From a virus, in the IMG/VR virus record IMGVR_UViG_3300030693_000013: a DNA stretch of 64,000 nt. One strand, written 5' to 3'. The notes below the pieces were generated by a model. It saw only the letters and a program-made list of their open reading frames with translations, had not been told where the DNA came from and did no database searches. The position numbers and the translations under genes are program-made. This document shows positions 40,723 to 50,310 of the stretch, in pieces. Positions within the stretch are counted from its first letter, which is position 1; each line of letters opens with the position of its first letter.

Positions 40723-40812
40723 GATCTCTCCTCTTTGTTGGGGCTGACGGCCTTCGTCAGGTGGCGTCTCACGCCACGATGGCGCCGCGTCGGGCACGGC
40801 ACCATTTCGGCC

Positions 40813-41016
40813 TTATCGGAACAGCCAAGAAATGACGCGACAGAATGCCCAGTATCCTGTCGCCGCACCCAGCAGGATCACAGGGGCGGCCATGTCGTCT
40901 GCGGTGCGAATGCGGCCAGCATGGATCGCCGCAGCAAAAATGATCCATCCAAAGAACGCAGTCCAGCCACTGAGCATAGCCATCTTGCGGTAGGCGCCAG
41001 ATAAATTCATGTTCAA
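40813..41016 (-). CDS. Small membrane protein
   Basis: Two TM-like helices. Confidence 0.5.
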   Translation of the reverse strand: MNMNLSGAYRKMAMLSGWTAFFGWIIFAAAIHAGRIRTADDMAAPVILLGAATGYWAFCRVISWLFR

Positions 41017-41040
41017 AACCTCCGTCGGTTGGGGGTGAAG

Positions 41041-41646
41041 TTACGTCAGTCCAAGCATCTCATTAAGTGCCTGCATTTGTACAGCAGGAACTCCGATCGG
41101 CGGCGCAACAAGCGGCGGCGAGGCGAAGAACTTTTTGCCCTCGGGCCAGATGGTGACTAGCTTCTCGGTGGTGCGCACGCTCTTCAGCAGCAGCTTCAGC
41201 GTGGCTTCGGCACTGGTCTTGTCTTTCTTCAGCGTCTCGCTGTCGCCCTGCCACTGCCTGATCTCGTTGACCAGCTTCTCGTGCTTGTCGAGCGACAGTA
41301 TGCCGTAATTGTCGTAGTTGTAGTAGTTGTATGGCACAGCCACCTCGATCCGCTTGGAAAACTTGCCTTCTGCATCCTTCGCGAAATACTTTGCTTGCAG
41401 CAGCACAGTCTGCCCGGCGACGTTGATCTTCAGCTGGTTCGTCATCTTGAACCACTCGATATTGGGCCGCCCTTCAACGGCCCTGAACTTCTCGATCATG
41501 TGGCGCATTGAGAGCGGCGTCACCGCGTTGTAAGCGCGAACGAACAAGTCTTGCTCGTGCTTTTCGAGTTTGATCTGCTCGTCAATGAATTTCTTCATTG
41601 TGGCGTTGCGAATGATCTCTTGTCGGATGGCTTGATTTAACTGCAT
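41041..41646 (-). CDS. Nmad5-like (nucleotide modification associated domain 5) protein
   Basis: MQLNQAIRQEIIRNA...LLKSVRTTEKLVTIWPEG pattern. Confidence 0.6.
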   Translation of the reverse strand: MQLNQAIRQEIIRNATMKKFIDEQIKLEKHEQDLFVRAYNAVTPLSMRHMIEKFRAVEGRPNIEWFKMTNQLKINVAGQTVLLQAKYFAKDAEGKFSKRIEVAVPYNYYNYDNYGILSLDKHEKLVNEIRQWQGDSETLKKDKTSAEATLKLLLKSVRTTEKLVTIWPEGKKFFASPPLVAPPIGVPAVQMQALNEMLGLT

Positions 41647-41649
41647 GGC

Positions 41650-43695
41650 CTACCTTTCCCACACGTAGTGCGGATTGCTGAGAATGTAGCGGCCCACCAG
41701 CCGATCATGAGCAACAGCGGCGCTGGCTTTCATGATATCGAACAGTGTCCGCTCCATCGCGATGGCTTCCGCTTGTCGCGCATCGGCAGTGCCTGCCAAC
41801 GCCTTGCGGAAGTAGTTGTCGAAGATTTCCCGGTGCTCCGGGGTCAGATGCTTGCGTGTGCTCACTACGACCTCCCTGTTGGAATGGACAGCAGGATCAT
41901 CATCACGCCAAGCGTGACAATAAAGCCCTGCTGGTTGTTGAAGCCGATGTAGATCGCGAGAATGCTCGCGATCCTCACGGCGTTGTCTTGTAGGTGCCGA
42001 GACGCTTGCGCAGGCTGTCGCGGGCATTGATGATCTCAGGGCTCTTGTCCTGCGCAGTGCCGTGCGACGCACTGCCATCGATCAGCTTGTCAAGCCGCTT
42101 TACTGTGGCAGCAATGATATCGGCGGCGCTCATGTCGTCGGGCTGCGGGCGGAACAGGAACTGGTCCAGCTGGTCCTCAGGGATCAGGTGGTCGATCTTC
42201 ATTTGCGCCCTCGCATAGTTGAGGATGCAGTTCTGCGCGTCATAGAGCGTCTTGGCGACCGCAGGGTTGGCTTTGTGCTTGGCGCGGCGTGCCAGCAATT
42301 CGTTGGTGGTGTTGATCGGCTCGCCAACGCCACCCTTGGGCCATGCACCGAACCGCACCATGGCGCGGACACAGCTTGCTACCTTGCTGTGCTTCGGCGA
42401 TTTGGTATCGAGTGGCGCATTGCCGGTCGATGCCGTGACATACTCCATGGCGATCTTGCCGGCATCGTCAATGTCGGCGCCATGCTTGTTGTGCTTCAGG
42501 TCGAGCACACCCAGGTAGCTGCCCTCCAGTGTCTGGAGCATCAGCTTGGCTTGGGTATCCTTGCCCTTGCCGCTCGCTGTGCCCAGCTCACGGGCGATAG
42601 CGAGCACGTCGTCGAAACTTGGTTTGTTCGTCATATGCTTTCCTTTCAGTACGCTCTGGTGAAACGCCGCTCGGCTTTGGCGGCCGCTTGTTCGGCGCGT
42701 CGGGCACGCCGCCCGTCGCGCTGAATTTCCAGCCACACTGTATCGATCAGTGAGGCTAGCTTGTAGTTCGCATAGATCATGCCGCTCGGCGTGTGGCAAT
42801 TCCAGACGTAAGAAGCACTCGGAGGCAGATGGTTCAAGCGACTAAATTGATATCCGGGTGTCAACGCGATCTGCGCCATCATTACGCGCTGTGCGTCGCT
42901 CAACTCCGCAATGTCGATCTCTTCATCTGTCTGCATCAATCGTCTCATTATAGTAGCGCGCGATCATCATCAGCAGGACGCTCAGGCCGATCGCGAGCTG
43001 CGATACGTCGATCATATCATTGCGCGCTGTCCAATGTCTAATGGCGCCCCAGCCGACGAGCCGAAACTGCCAGCCGGCCATCACATACTGCGCCATCTGC
43101 ACGCGCTGCGCCTCGGTCAGCGCCTCAATGGTCGTTTCCTCAAGTGTGCGCAGCATCTGTCACCTTTTTTGCCCAGCTCATTGCCGTGGTCTTGCTGAAG
43201 AACCATGGGAAGCGCGATGGTCTGACCTGTTCATTCTCAGCGATATCCTTGGGCGGTAGCGCGATCCACAAGCCACGTTTGAGGTAGTGATCGTCGACGA
43301 TGGCACCGTGTATGCCCATCATCGGCAGTGACTGGCCCTCGAACACCCAGCCGCGGAGCAGCAGTGCCGCCTCCATTGTTCGCAGGTGGTTGTGCCTGCG
43401 ACACTTAACTCTTTTCGTTGGATAGCCCATCGTTGCCACCTTTTTCCTTGGCGATCGTGGTGGCGCGACGTTGCGCCACCTCCTGGAGGATCATCATTAC
43501 ACCATCGGCCATCAAGCCGCACGCCGCCATGGTGGTAATCAGCTCGCGACGCTCCGCTATCGCGTGGAGCGCCTTGCTGATCGCGCGGATTTGCGTGTTG
43601 TAGAACTCGCCATCCTCGAACGTCATTGGGGTAACACTTCGACTGCCCAGAGGATCAGCTGCAACAGCAGCCAATAGGTGATGGCAGCGCTGCAC
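41650..43695 (-). CDS. Early-region small hypothetical genes (41650-41865, 41975-42634, 42646-42948, 42923-43156, 43140-43439, 43405-43695)
   Basis: Densely packed co-oriented ORFs; several starts are uncertain. Confidence 0.45.
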
Positions 43696-43752
43696 AGCGC
43701 AAGGAACATCCCGAAGGCGCGCCAGTGATGCAGGTGCCGGCCGTAGCGTTGC

Positions 43753-44166
43753 TTAATCCGCATTGATCAACCTTTCTATGGTTTTGGGGGTGATATCCTC
43801 GCGCAGGTACAGCCCACGGCGCTGCAATTCTTCGCGCAAGTCCGCGAGTGAGTGCAGACCGAAGTTAGGCAAGCGCCTCAACTCTGCTGCCGACATTGAG
43901 ATTACATCGCGCAACGTGCGGCAGTTCGCGTACTTCAGGCAATTCGCAACGCGAACGCTGACTTCCATCTCATCGGCCAGCTCGTCCAGCGGGTCAACGA
44001 TTTCAGGCGGCTGCGCAGCAGCGAGCATGGCCTTGCGGAGTTTATCGTTGCGCTCAATGAGCGCGACGTTCTTCTGTGCATAGTCGATGAACAGTCGCTT
44101 GACGTTCAAATCGAGACGCTCGAACGCTAACAAGGCGTTGTCTAGCGTCGGTATATAATTGCCCAT
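43753..44166 (-). CDS. RNA polymerase alpha subunit C-terminal domain-like protein
   Basis: LDELADEMEVSVRVANCLKYANCRTLRDVISMSAAELRRLPNFGLHSLADLREEL matches the alpha-CTD helix-hairpin-helix consensus. Confidence 0.85.
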   Translation of the reverse strand: MGNYIPTLDNALLAFERLDLNVKRLFIDYAQKNVALIERNDKLRKAMLAAAQPPEIVDPLDELADEMEVSVRVANCLKYANCRTLRDVISMSAAELRRLPNFGLHSLADLREELQRRGLYLREDITPKTIERLINAD

Positions 44167-44754
44167 TACCTTGCTCCCTTGTCACCCGCACGACGGCACC
44201 AAATTGTGTGCACCTTGTCAAGTTCTTCCTGCTGGATGCGCGCCCAAACGCTCTCGTTCACTTGGTGAACGGGCATGCACAGCTCCACTTGGGGCATTTG
44301 CTCGTCCTCATCGCTAATTACTGCGGCAGTAAACGCGATCTCGCGATCGACCACCGCAATGTTCAGCGGGTTGATCTCGCCGTGGTGCGCATGGTGCCAC
44401 ACCTCGAACAAGCGTCTTGCCACATGGGCAGAAGACGCCTCAATTGTCCTTGAAACTTCGCAGTGGCTCACTCGATACATGTTCATAGCGCACTTCTCCA
44501 TCTTCCAGGGTTGCAATTAGCGTGCCATTGTCGATAGCTTCCAGCACGCACTCAAGTTCGGGCCGATAGCCGCCATCGTTGGCAGCTTTCTGCTTGCGGT
44601 GACACACCCAGCACAGCTTCAGCCCGATCTCTTTCTTGTCGGCACACAATAGACAGAAGTTCAGCTCGCGATGTTTCGTGTGCCACGCCGTGATACGATT
44701 GGTGTCGCCGGCAAATGCCGTCGGGTAATTTTGCTTGTCCTGCTTCGTCGGCAT
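44166..44754 (-). CDS. Two early hypothetical genes (44166-44516, 44440-44754)
   Basis: 44440-44754 has CxxC..CxxC (CLLC, CWVC). Confidence 0.45.
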
Positions 44755-44935
44755 ATTCAGAATGCTCCTGTCATGAGGACCAGCGTGGTCCAGAGATAGC
44801 CAGCAAGAAACGCGCCAAGCGTCGCCTGTGTCATCGTTCTACCTTGCCAGTCATGGGGCTCTCCGATTACTGTGGCAGTAAAATAACGGAATTTAACGGG
44901 TTTGGCCCAAGTTGCTGCCGATGAAAATTAACTAA

Positions 44936-45000
44936 TCAAAAAGCGGGGGAGCCAGGGTCCTAGGCGCAAGGCCATTGTGGGTCCAGCTACGGCTCCCCCT
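44936..45000 (-). terminator. Putative intrinsic terminator
   Basis: Minus strand GGGGGAGCC...GGCTCCCCC stem followed by GCTTTTT, just after the 45030-45287 stop; unusually large loop. Confidence 0.5.
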
Positions 45001-45029
45001 AGTTTGCTGAAGCGAGCAGGGAGACAAGC

Positions 45030-45287
45030 CTACTCGTTCAGGAACGCCATCCTGCGGCCGAAGATGGTGCGGCGCGCTTCGGAAGCACTATCAGCCCACG
45101 CCCACGCCATCGGCTTGACCGGCCGGTTGGTGACGCTGTCAGCGACATATGCCGCGTATGCCCGTTCAGCATCGGCATCGCCAATGCTGAGATGGAACCC
45201 GGCACGAGTGCGCCGGCGGATGACCATGCGGTCGATGCGGCTGGTGGTCCGTGGGTCATGATCTGGGAACTTGACTGTGCGGCTCAT
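45030..45287 (-). CDS. First gene of the leftward early operon (hypothetical)
   Basis: GGAGAG RBS before MSRTVKF. Confidence 0.5.
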   Translation of the reverse strand: MSRTVKFPDHDPRTTSRIDRMVIRRRTRAGFHLSIGDADAERAYAAYVADSVTNRPVKPMAWAWADSASEARRTIFGRRMAFLNE

Positions 45288-45459
45288 TGTGCTCTCCGTG
45301 GTTGAGTGACGCCGTTTGGCCGTCGCGATTGCCGCGTCGGGCGGCGGCCCCAATCCACGCGCGCGAGGGGCTAATAGGGCGTTTATCGGCATGATGAATG
45401 GCCGCTGGCAGCGCGGGAGGCGCTGCCTTGCGCGGGTAATTGGGGGAGAGTTCATATGG

Positions 45460-45930
45460 TAATTAGGTAGTGGTTTGGGGCTTCAGAAAAACAGGTTGCT
45501 TTTTGGTAATGTTAGGGGATGGAACCCGAGTACAACCTGAATGGGTCTAAATGTCTAAATGTAATGTCATTTTTTGGGTGGGTCGTATAGAGGGTCGCCC
45601 TATGGCCCGTGTACATTACAAAATTGTAACCTTTTTTTCTTGATGTTCCCGGCTCCGGCTAAGTCATTGTTTTCTTTATATATTTTAGTCCATAGTACCT
45701 TAAATCAAGAAGCTGCGCTGACATTTAGCTGCCGGGCGAAAATGACCTCAGGGGCCTTAGGGCGATTCTCTATATGCCCGACCCGAAAAAACACCTGACA
45801 TTTAGACATTTAAAAATTTTTCGGGCGAAAAGGTAACAAGATCAAACACTTGTAAATGTCAGCACACTTTCCCCGGAGGCTGACATTAACACACAACCGC
45901 CTATGAGCGTAGAAAATAAACGCATTAATT
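45460..45930. repeat. AT-rich divergent control region with iterated TAAATGTC/GACATTTA motifs
   Basis: Copies at 45548, 45556, 45562, 45720, 45797, 45805, 45853 and 45882; lies between divergent operons. Confidence 0.75.
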
Positions 45931-46012
45931 CGCGATGCAACCTGCCGTTGCCCGACGGGGCGAGATTGCCGGGCCGAATAGCTCGGTCCGGTTTCACACA
46001 AAGGAACCTGAC

Positions 46013-46372
46013 ATGACCGCATCATCCACAACGGAAGAACCAAAGGTTAACTGGGTTGTCATCGATGTGAACGCTCTACCCGCAGAAGCTGCAAAGCTGT
46101 TTGTGGAACAAAAAGCGCTCTATCATGCCTACGTCGAAGGCAAGCTGCGCTGGCAGAACCAGATGATTAAAGACGCGGACCTTGGTGAAGGCGAAACACT
46201 CGCTTTCAACTTCAAATTTGGCAACACCAGTTACGGAGTTGTCCCGGTCAAAACGGCAACAAAGACTTCTCGCAAGGCGGTTTCGTTCGCGGAAAGCATT
46301 GCGGCCCACAAGGCCAAGGTTGCGGCCGCCGCTGCTACCGAAGCACCGCGATTGATCAAAAAGGTAGCGTAA
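46013..46372 (+). CDS. Hypothetical protein, first rightward gene
   Basis: AAGGA RBS; basic Ala/Lys-rich C-terminus. Confidence 0.6.
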   Translation: MTASSTTEEPKVNWVVIDVNALPAEAAKLFVEQKALYHAYVEGKLRWQNQMIKDADLGEGETLAFNFKFGNTSYGVVPVKTATKTSRKAVSFAESIAAHKAKVAAAAATEAPRLIKKVA

Positions 46373-46658
46373 TAAGACAAGGCAAAGGTGGCGCGACGTT
46401 GCGCCACCGCTGCCCGACAAGGCAAAGGTGGCACCCTGACATGGTGCCACCTTCAAACCACCCGGAAAGGGCGAGACAATGAGCAAAGCGATTGTTATTT
46501 ATCTGCGCAAGCTGGAACTGCAGAAGTTCCGTAACGGCTAGAGCGAGAGCTACCCCAAGCGGGCACGAGGGTTTATCCCCCCGCCCGCTTGGACAGCCCC
46601 GCGCTCTTGGCTTCGCCAAGAGGGGGCCTGAAAATATGTAGGGGGTAAAATCCGAGCC

Positions 46659-46673
46659 TTAAGACTTTATTAA
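46659..46673. promoter_or_regulatory. CtrA-type box TTAA-N7-TTAA
   Basis: TTAAGACTTTATTAA, intergenic, upstream of 46680. Confidence 0.6.
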
Positions 46674-46679
46674 GGTGGC

Positions 46680-47477
46680 ATGGGTAAAAAGGTGTCACCC
46701 TTACCCCAACCCAGGATTTTCCCCATGGCATCCATCCCAGCCCAGCCACTCGAGAGCCTCGACTACGAGCCCTACATGGACATCCCGCGCGAGGACTTCC
46801 ACGAGTTCGTTTCCGATATCGTGAAGGCGCTCACCAAGAAAAAGTTCAGCCGCAAGGATCGCATCGAAGCTGCCGAGCTGATCGGCGCCATCGCCGTCAC
46901 CCTCGAGACGGCATATCATGATGCCACCCAGGCGCTCGATGGCGCAGTCACCGACTACTTCATCGATCGCTTCAAGGGCGACGACGACAATGGTGACAAG
47001 AGGAACGCATACAGGTTCCAAATCGGCATCATGCCGATCGCCTCCGACACCCACCGTCCGATGACGGAGGACGAGATGTTCGAGCGCCGCGCCACCCCGA
47101 ACGCCAAGCTGTACAAGAAGCTGGAGAAGCAGGGGCTCAGCCACGACGAGATCGTGAAGCTGCTGTTTGAAGGCGACGAGAAGACACGAATGCGTGATGG
47201 TGACACCCCTTCACCCTGGGCCGTGCCCCCGGGCACCTTCGACCCTGCTGAGGAGGTCGGTATCGAGGTTAGTAGCGACCCCCAACGCGATACGCCCTTC
47301 GGCGACGATGTTAACCCCGAGGCGCCCCGTGCCGGCTGGCTCGATGCCGACTGGAGCGATATACACAATATGCCGGATGATCCCAAGCCGACGCTTGACA
47401 CCGCGCAGGAGCTGGGGCAAGAACACGCGCCGAAAATAATTAACGGTAATGTGGAGCAGATCACAGACGCCGCCTGA
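46680..47477 (+). CDS. Acidic hypothetical protein
   Basis: Long ORF with GC3-rich codons; the start may be a later ATG. Confidence 0.55.
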   Translation: MGKKVSPLPQPRIFPMASIPAQPLESLDYEPYMDIPREDFHEFVSDIVKALTKKKFSRKDRIEAAELIGAIAVTLETAYHDATQALDGAVTDYFIDRFKGDDDNGDKRNAYRFQIGIMPIASDTHRPMTEDEMFERRATPNAKLYKKLEKQGLSHDEIVKLLFEGDEKTRMRDGDTPSPWAVPPGTFDPAEEVGIEVSSDPQRDTPFGDDVNPEAPRAGWLDADWSDIHNMPDDPKPTLDTAQELGQEHAPKIINGNVEQITDAA

Positions 47478-47708
47478 ACTACGTACTAAAAAGCCCCCGA
47501 CGATCCGTACTTCCGGGACTGTCGAGGGCTCTTAAACGGCCGGCTTACCACCTAGGTGGTGGGTCTGTTCCTGAATGGGGCATCATGAGTGCTCCGGTTG
47601 GGGTTGGTGTCGGCGCGGTGGATGTATCCGCCCGACACCAACACCTTACTACCTTGACACGTTCCCGGCTGAGCAAAACAGCTCACTACACAATGAAGTG
47701 ATCGCGAC

Positions 47709-48165
47709 ATGATCTTGAACTCCGACAGCGTTCGACTAGCAGGCGAGCTGATCTTTGCCGCCATGCTGTTCGTCGGACTTGTGCTCTGGGCCGACAAGAT
47801 CGAGAGTAAGAAGGCTGCACGCGCGCGCGACCGCGCCAAGCGGCTCACGCATAAGAGAGACGACGATGACAAACATGTTTAAGGAGTGTCGACTTGCCGC
47901 ACAGTCCTGCAAAGACGAGGTCAAGCGCGCCGCGCTACGTCATCGGACCGACGAGTGTAAAGAGGTCTTTGACCGGTTCAACCTGTCGGCATCTCGTGAG
48001 GACATGGAGGCTCTCGTTGCAGCTTGGACCCGCATGGTGCGTGCTCTTGATCGGGTGGCTCCTCTACCTGACGGTGATCCTGCTGGCGCCGGCCGGCTCC
48101 GCGCCCCTGGCACCACTTTTGTTCACGATCCTGACATATACGACGCCTTAAGGAAGGTAGCCTAA
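47709..48165 (+). CDS. Two small genes (47709-47882 membrane protein; 47866-48165)
   Basis: Read manually: MILNSDSVRLAGELIFAAMLFVGLVLW..., then MTNMFKECR... Confidence 0.45.
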
Positions 48166-48262
48166 ATAGAGAGTGGGCCCGCCCGCCCGTGGAGAAGCCG
48201 GCATAGCACCGGGTACTCTTGTCTGTTGGGGACGAGGCAGCGGCGGGTCCACTTAATTTTTC

Positions 48263-48297
48263 TTGACACTCGCCCGGCGGCAGTTACTGTGGCAGTA
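48263..48297 (+). promoter_or_regulatory. Sigma70-like promoter overlapped by the palindromic site
   Basis: TTGACA (48263-48268), 16-bp spacer, TACTGT -10-like element that is the left half of TACTGTGGCAGTA (48285-48297). Confidence 0.6.
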
Positions 48298-48319
48298 ACC
48301 AACCAGAGGGAACACCCCC

Positions 48320-48946
48320 ATGCCGCTGCAGCTCGTCATCACCGAAGACCCATCCAAAGAAGTCAACATCTTCGACATCGACCCACTCGACCGGGCGCGC
48401 GCCGTCCGCCTCGCCGACGAGGGCATCCCCGTCCGCGCCATCGCGAGAGGACTTAAAGTGCCGAGCGACACTCTCTATGATGCGCTGCGCGAGGCGCTCG
48501 AGGAGGGCCGCATCTGCGAGCTGCCACGAGACGACTGGCCACCCGGGAGCGCGCGCAGCCAGCGCGCCATATATGCCGGCACCATCCTCGAGAACGAAGA
48601 CCAGCTGCAGATGATCTGCGCCCGGGTCTTCAAGACCACCAAACAACAGTCGGCAGTCGTCGCCGTCCTGATCAAGCGCCGGGAGATCACCAAGGCGCAG
48701 GTCCACATCATCCTGCAAGAGAACCGCCCCGCCTCCAACCACGCGCCCACCGACGAGAAGATGGTCGACGTGGTCATGTTTCACATCCGCAAGAAGCTGA
48801 AGGTCCACGAGGTCCCGATCGACACCATCTGGGGCACCGGCTACGCCATGCCGGCCGTGCACCGCGACCGCGCCATCAAGCTGCTAGAGGAGAACGCCAC
48901 CGCCTACGCCGCGTACCCGGGCGTCGAAACGAAGGAGGCCGCGTGA
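48320..48946 (+). CDS. Transcription regulator: N-terminal HTH + OmpR/PhoB (CtrA-like) winged-helix domain
   Basis: GIPVRAIARGLKVPSDTLY (HTH); EKMVDVVMFHIRKKL...IDTIWGTGY parallels the CtrA segment LKIIDVFICKLRKKL...IETVWGRGY. Confidence 0.8.
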   Translation: MPLQLVITEDPSKEVNIFDIDPLDRARAVRLADEGIPVRAIARGLKVPSDTLYDALREALEEGRICELPRDDWPPGSARSQRAIYAGTILENEDQLQMICARVFKTTKQQSAVVAVLIKRREITKAQVHIILQENRPASNHAPTDEKMVDVVMFHIRKKLKVHEVPIDTIWGTGYAMPAVHRDRAIKLLEENATAYAAYPGVETKEAA

Positions 48947-49004
48947 TGTTGGAAGGTCAAGACGACGGCATCCTGCTCATCATATTGGTCATTGCCATTA
49001 TCAT

Positions 49005-49379
49005 GTGTGTCATATGACAACCTCGATCATCGACGAGGACGTGCTGCTCACCATGCTCCACGCGCCTGTGACCAAGGAACACATCCAGCAGCTCCAGACC
49101 GGCGCCGCCTACACGCTGCTCGACATGTACGATCGCAAGGTGACACGCGAGGAGTATATCATCGGGATGCAGATGGCGCTCGATGCCTACAACTCGCTGG
49201 GGAAGCTGTGGGTGCTCGCGGTGATCGAGAACAAGGTCGCCGCCGGCGCGCCGCTTGAACCTCTGCTGGCGGCCAGCTACAAGGCGGTGGAGGAGCTGGG
49301 CGCAGAGCAGGCCACCGCGCTGATCGCGTACGTCAAGCGGCTGAAGGAATGCCCAGAAACAGGGGACACGATAAATTGA
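49005..49379 (+). CDS. Hypothetical protein
   Basis: Helical ORF with GC3-rich codons. Confidence 0.5.
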   Translation: MCHMTTSIIDEDVLLTMLHAPVTKEHIQQLQTGAAYTLLDMYDRKVTREEYIIGMQMALDAYNSLGKLWVLAVIENKVAAGAPLEPLLAASYKAVEELGAEQATALIAYVKRLKECPETGDTIN

Positions 49380-50176
49380 GCGATCTCGAGGACACAGGGT
49401 TTGACGACGTGCTTGCCGGCGGTGCAGTTTGGACCGAGCCCGATACGTCAAACGTGACTGGACCAAATGCCATCACCATCGAACCAGCCCCGGCCGTTCC
49501 CCTATCACCACACGTATGCAAATCTTCCAGCGGAGATCGGTGCGATACATGTTTTGGGCCTGTCCCAGCTTCGGACGCCCCCGAAAAAATCCAGGCGCCG
49601 CTCACCGCGGAAGCCATTGAGGCTACTAAAATCCTCGTTACGCTCCCGCCGCTCAGCTACGCTGATCTCGCTATTCTGGCACGCGAGGTGGCAATGGATA
49701 TTAGGGTCCGAAATGAAGTTCTCTCGGGGTTCAATTTAAACGAGACACAGTATGAGTACCTCGAAACGCACAACGAGTTCTACAAGCACGCCCTCAAAAC
49801 GGCGTGCGTCGAGTGGCATAGTCCGCTCTCCTCACAAGAACGGGTGCGTCTTGTGGCTTCGACCATCCTCGAGGAAACCCTACCCAGGTTGGGAGCTAGG
49901 ATGCACAATGACCGCGAGCAGCTGCCCGGCGTCGTCGAAGCTGCTAAACTCTTTGCAAAAATGGCCGGTGTGGGTGAGCGAGACACTGGGGCTGCGCCTG
50001 CTGGCGAACGTTTCGTTATTAACATTGACCTCGGCGGAAACAAAAAAATTGTCGTTGGAGCAGAAGCGCCAAAGGCGATCGCTGCTGGGATCGATACATC
50101 AGGCGCGCAGGGTGGCGTCTGGCCAACACAATTTGAGCTGCCGGAAGTACAACCAGACCCCGAAGGGAAAAGCTAA
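49349..50176 (+). CDS. Putative terminase small subunit
   Basis: Upstream of TerL; helical core and a C-terminal ERFVINIDLG strand; start uncertain. Confidence 0.55.
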   Translation: MPRNRGHDKLSDLEDTGFDDVLAGGAVWTEPDTSNVTGPNAITIEPAPAVPLSPHVCKSSSGDRCDTCFGPVPASDAPEKIQAPLTAEAIEATKILVTLPPLSYADLAILAREVAMDIRVRNEVLSGFNLNETQYEYLETHNEFYKHALKTACVEWHSPLSSQERVRLVASTILEETLPRLGARMHNDREQLPGVVEAAKLFAKMAGVGERDTGAAPAGERFVINIDLGGNKKIVVGAEAPKAIAAGIDTSGAQGGVWPTQFELPEVQPDPEGKS

Positions 50177-50310
50177 CCAGCACCGGGTTAATCACAGCCT
50201 GCAGACTGCCGCGAGGAAGCACAACTATGAGCTCAGCCCCAAGGGCCGGGCTCGCAAGCATCGATATGCAACGTCGCCATTGGGGCGATCGAATAAGAGG
50301 AAGTACCAAC

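Noticed and set aside
44883-44897. Possible CtrA box ATAA-N6-TTAAC
   Set aside because: Wrong spacing and a degenerate first half-site.
47547-47560. 14-bp palindrome ACCACCTAGGTGGT
   Set aside because: Single copy with no supporting context.
48285-48297. TACTG...CAGTA as a LexA SOS box
   Set aside because: The half-sites resemble the E. coli box, but the spacer is 3 rather than 10 nt, and the alphaproteobacterial LexA box is GTTC-N7-GTTC.
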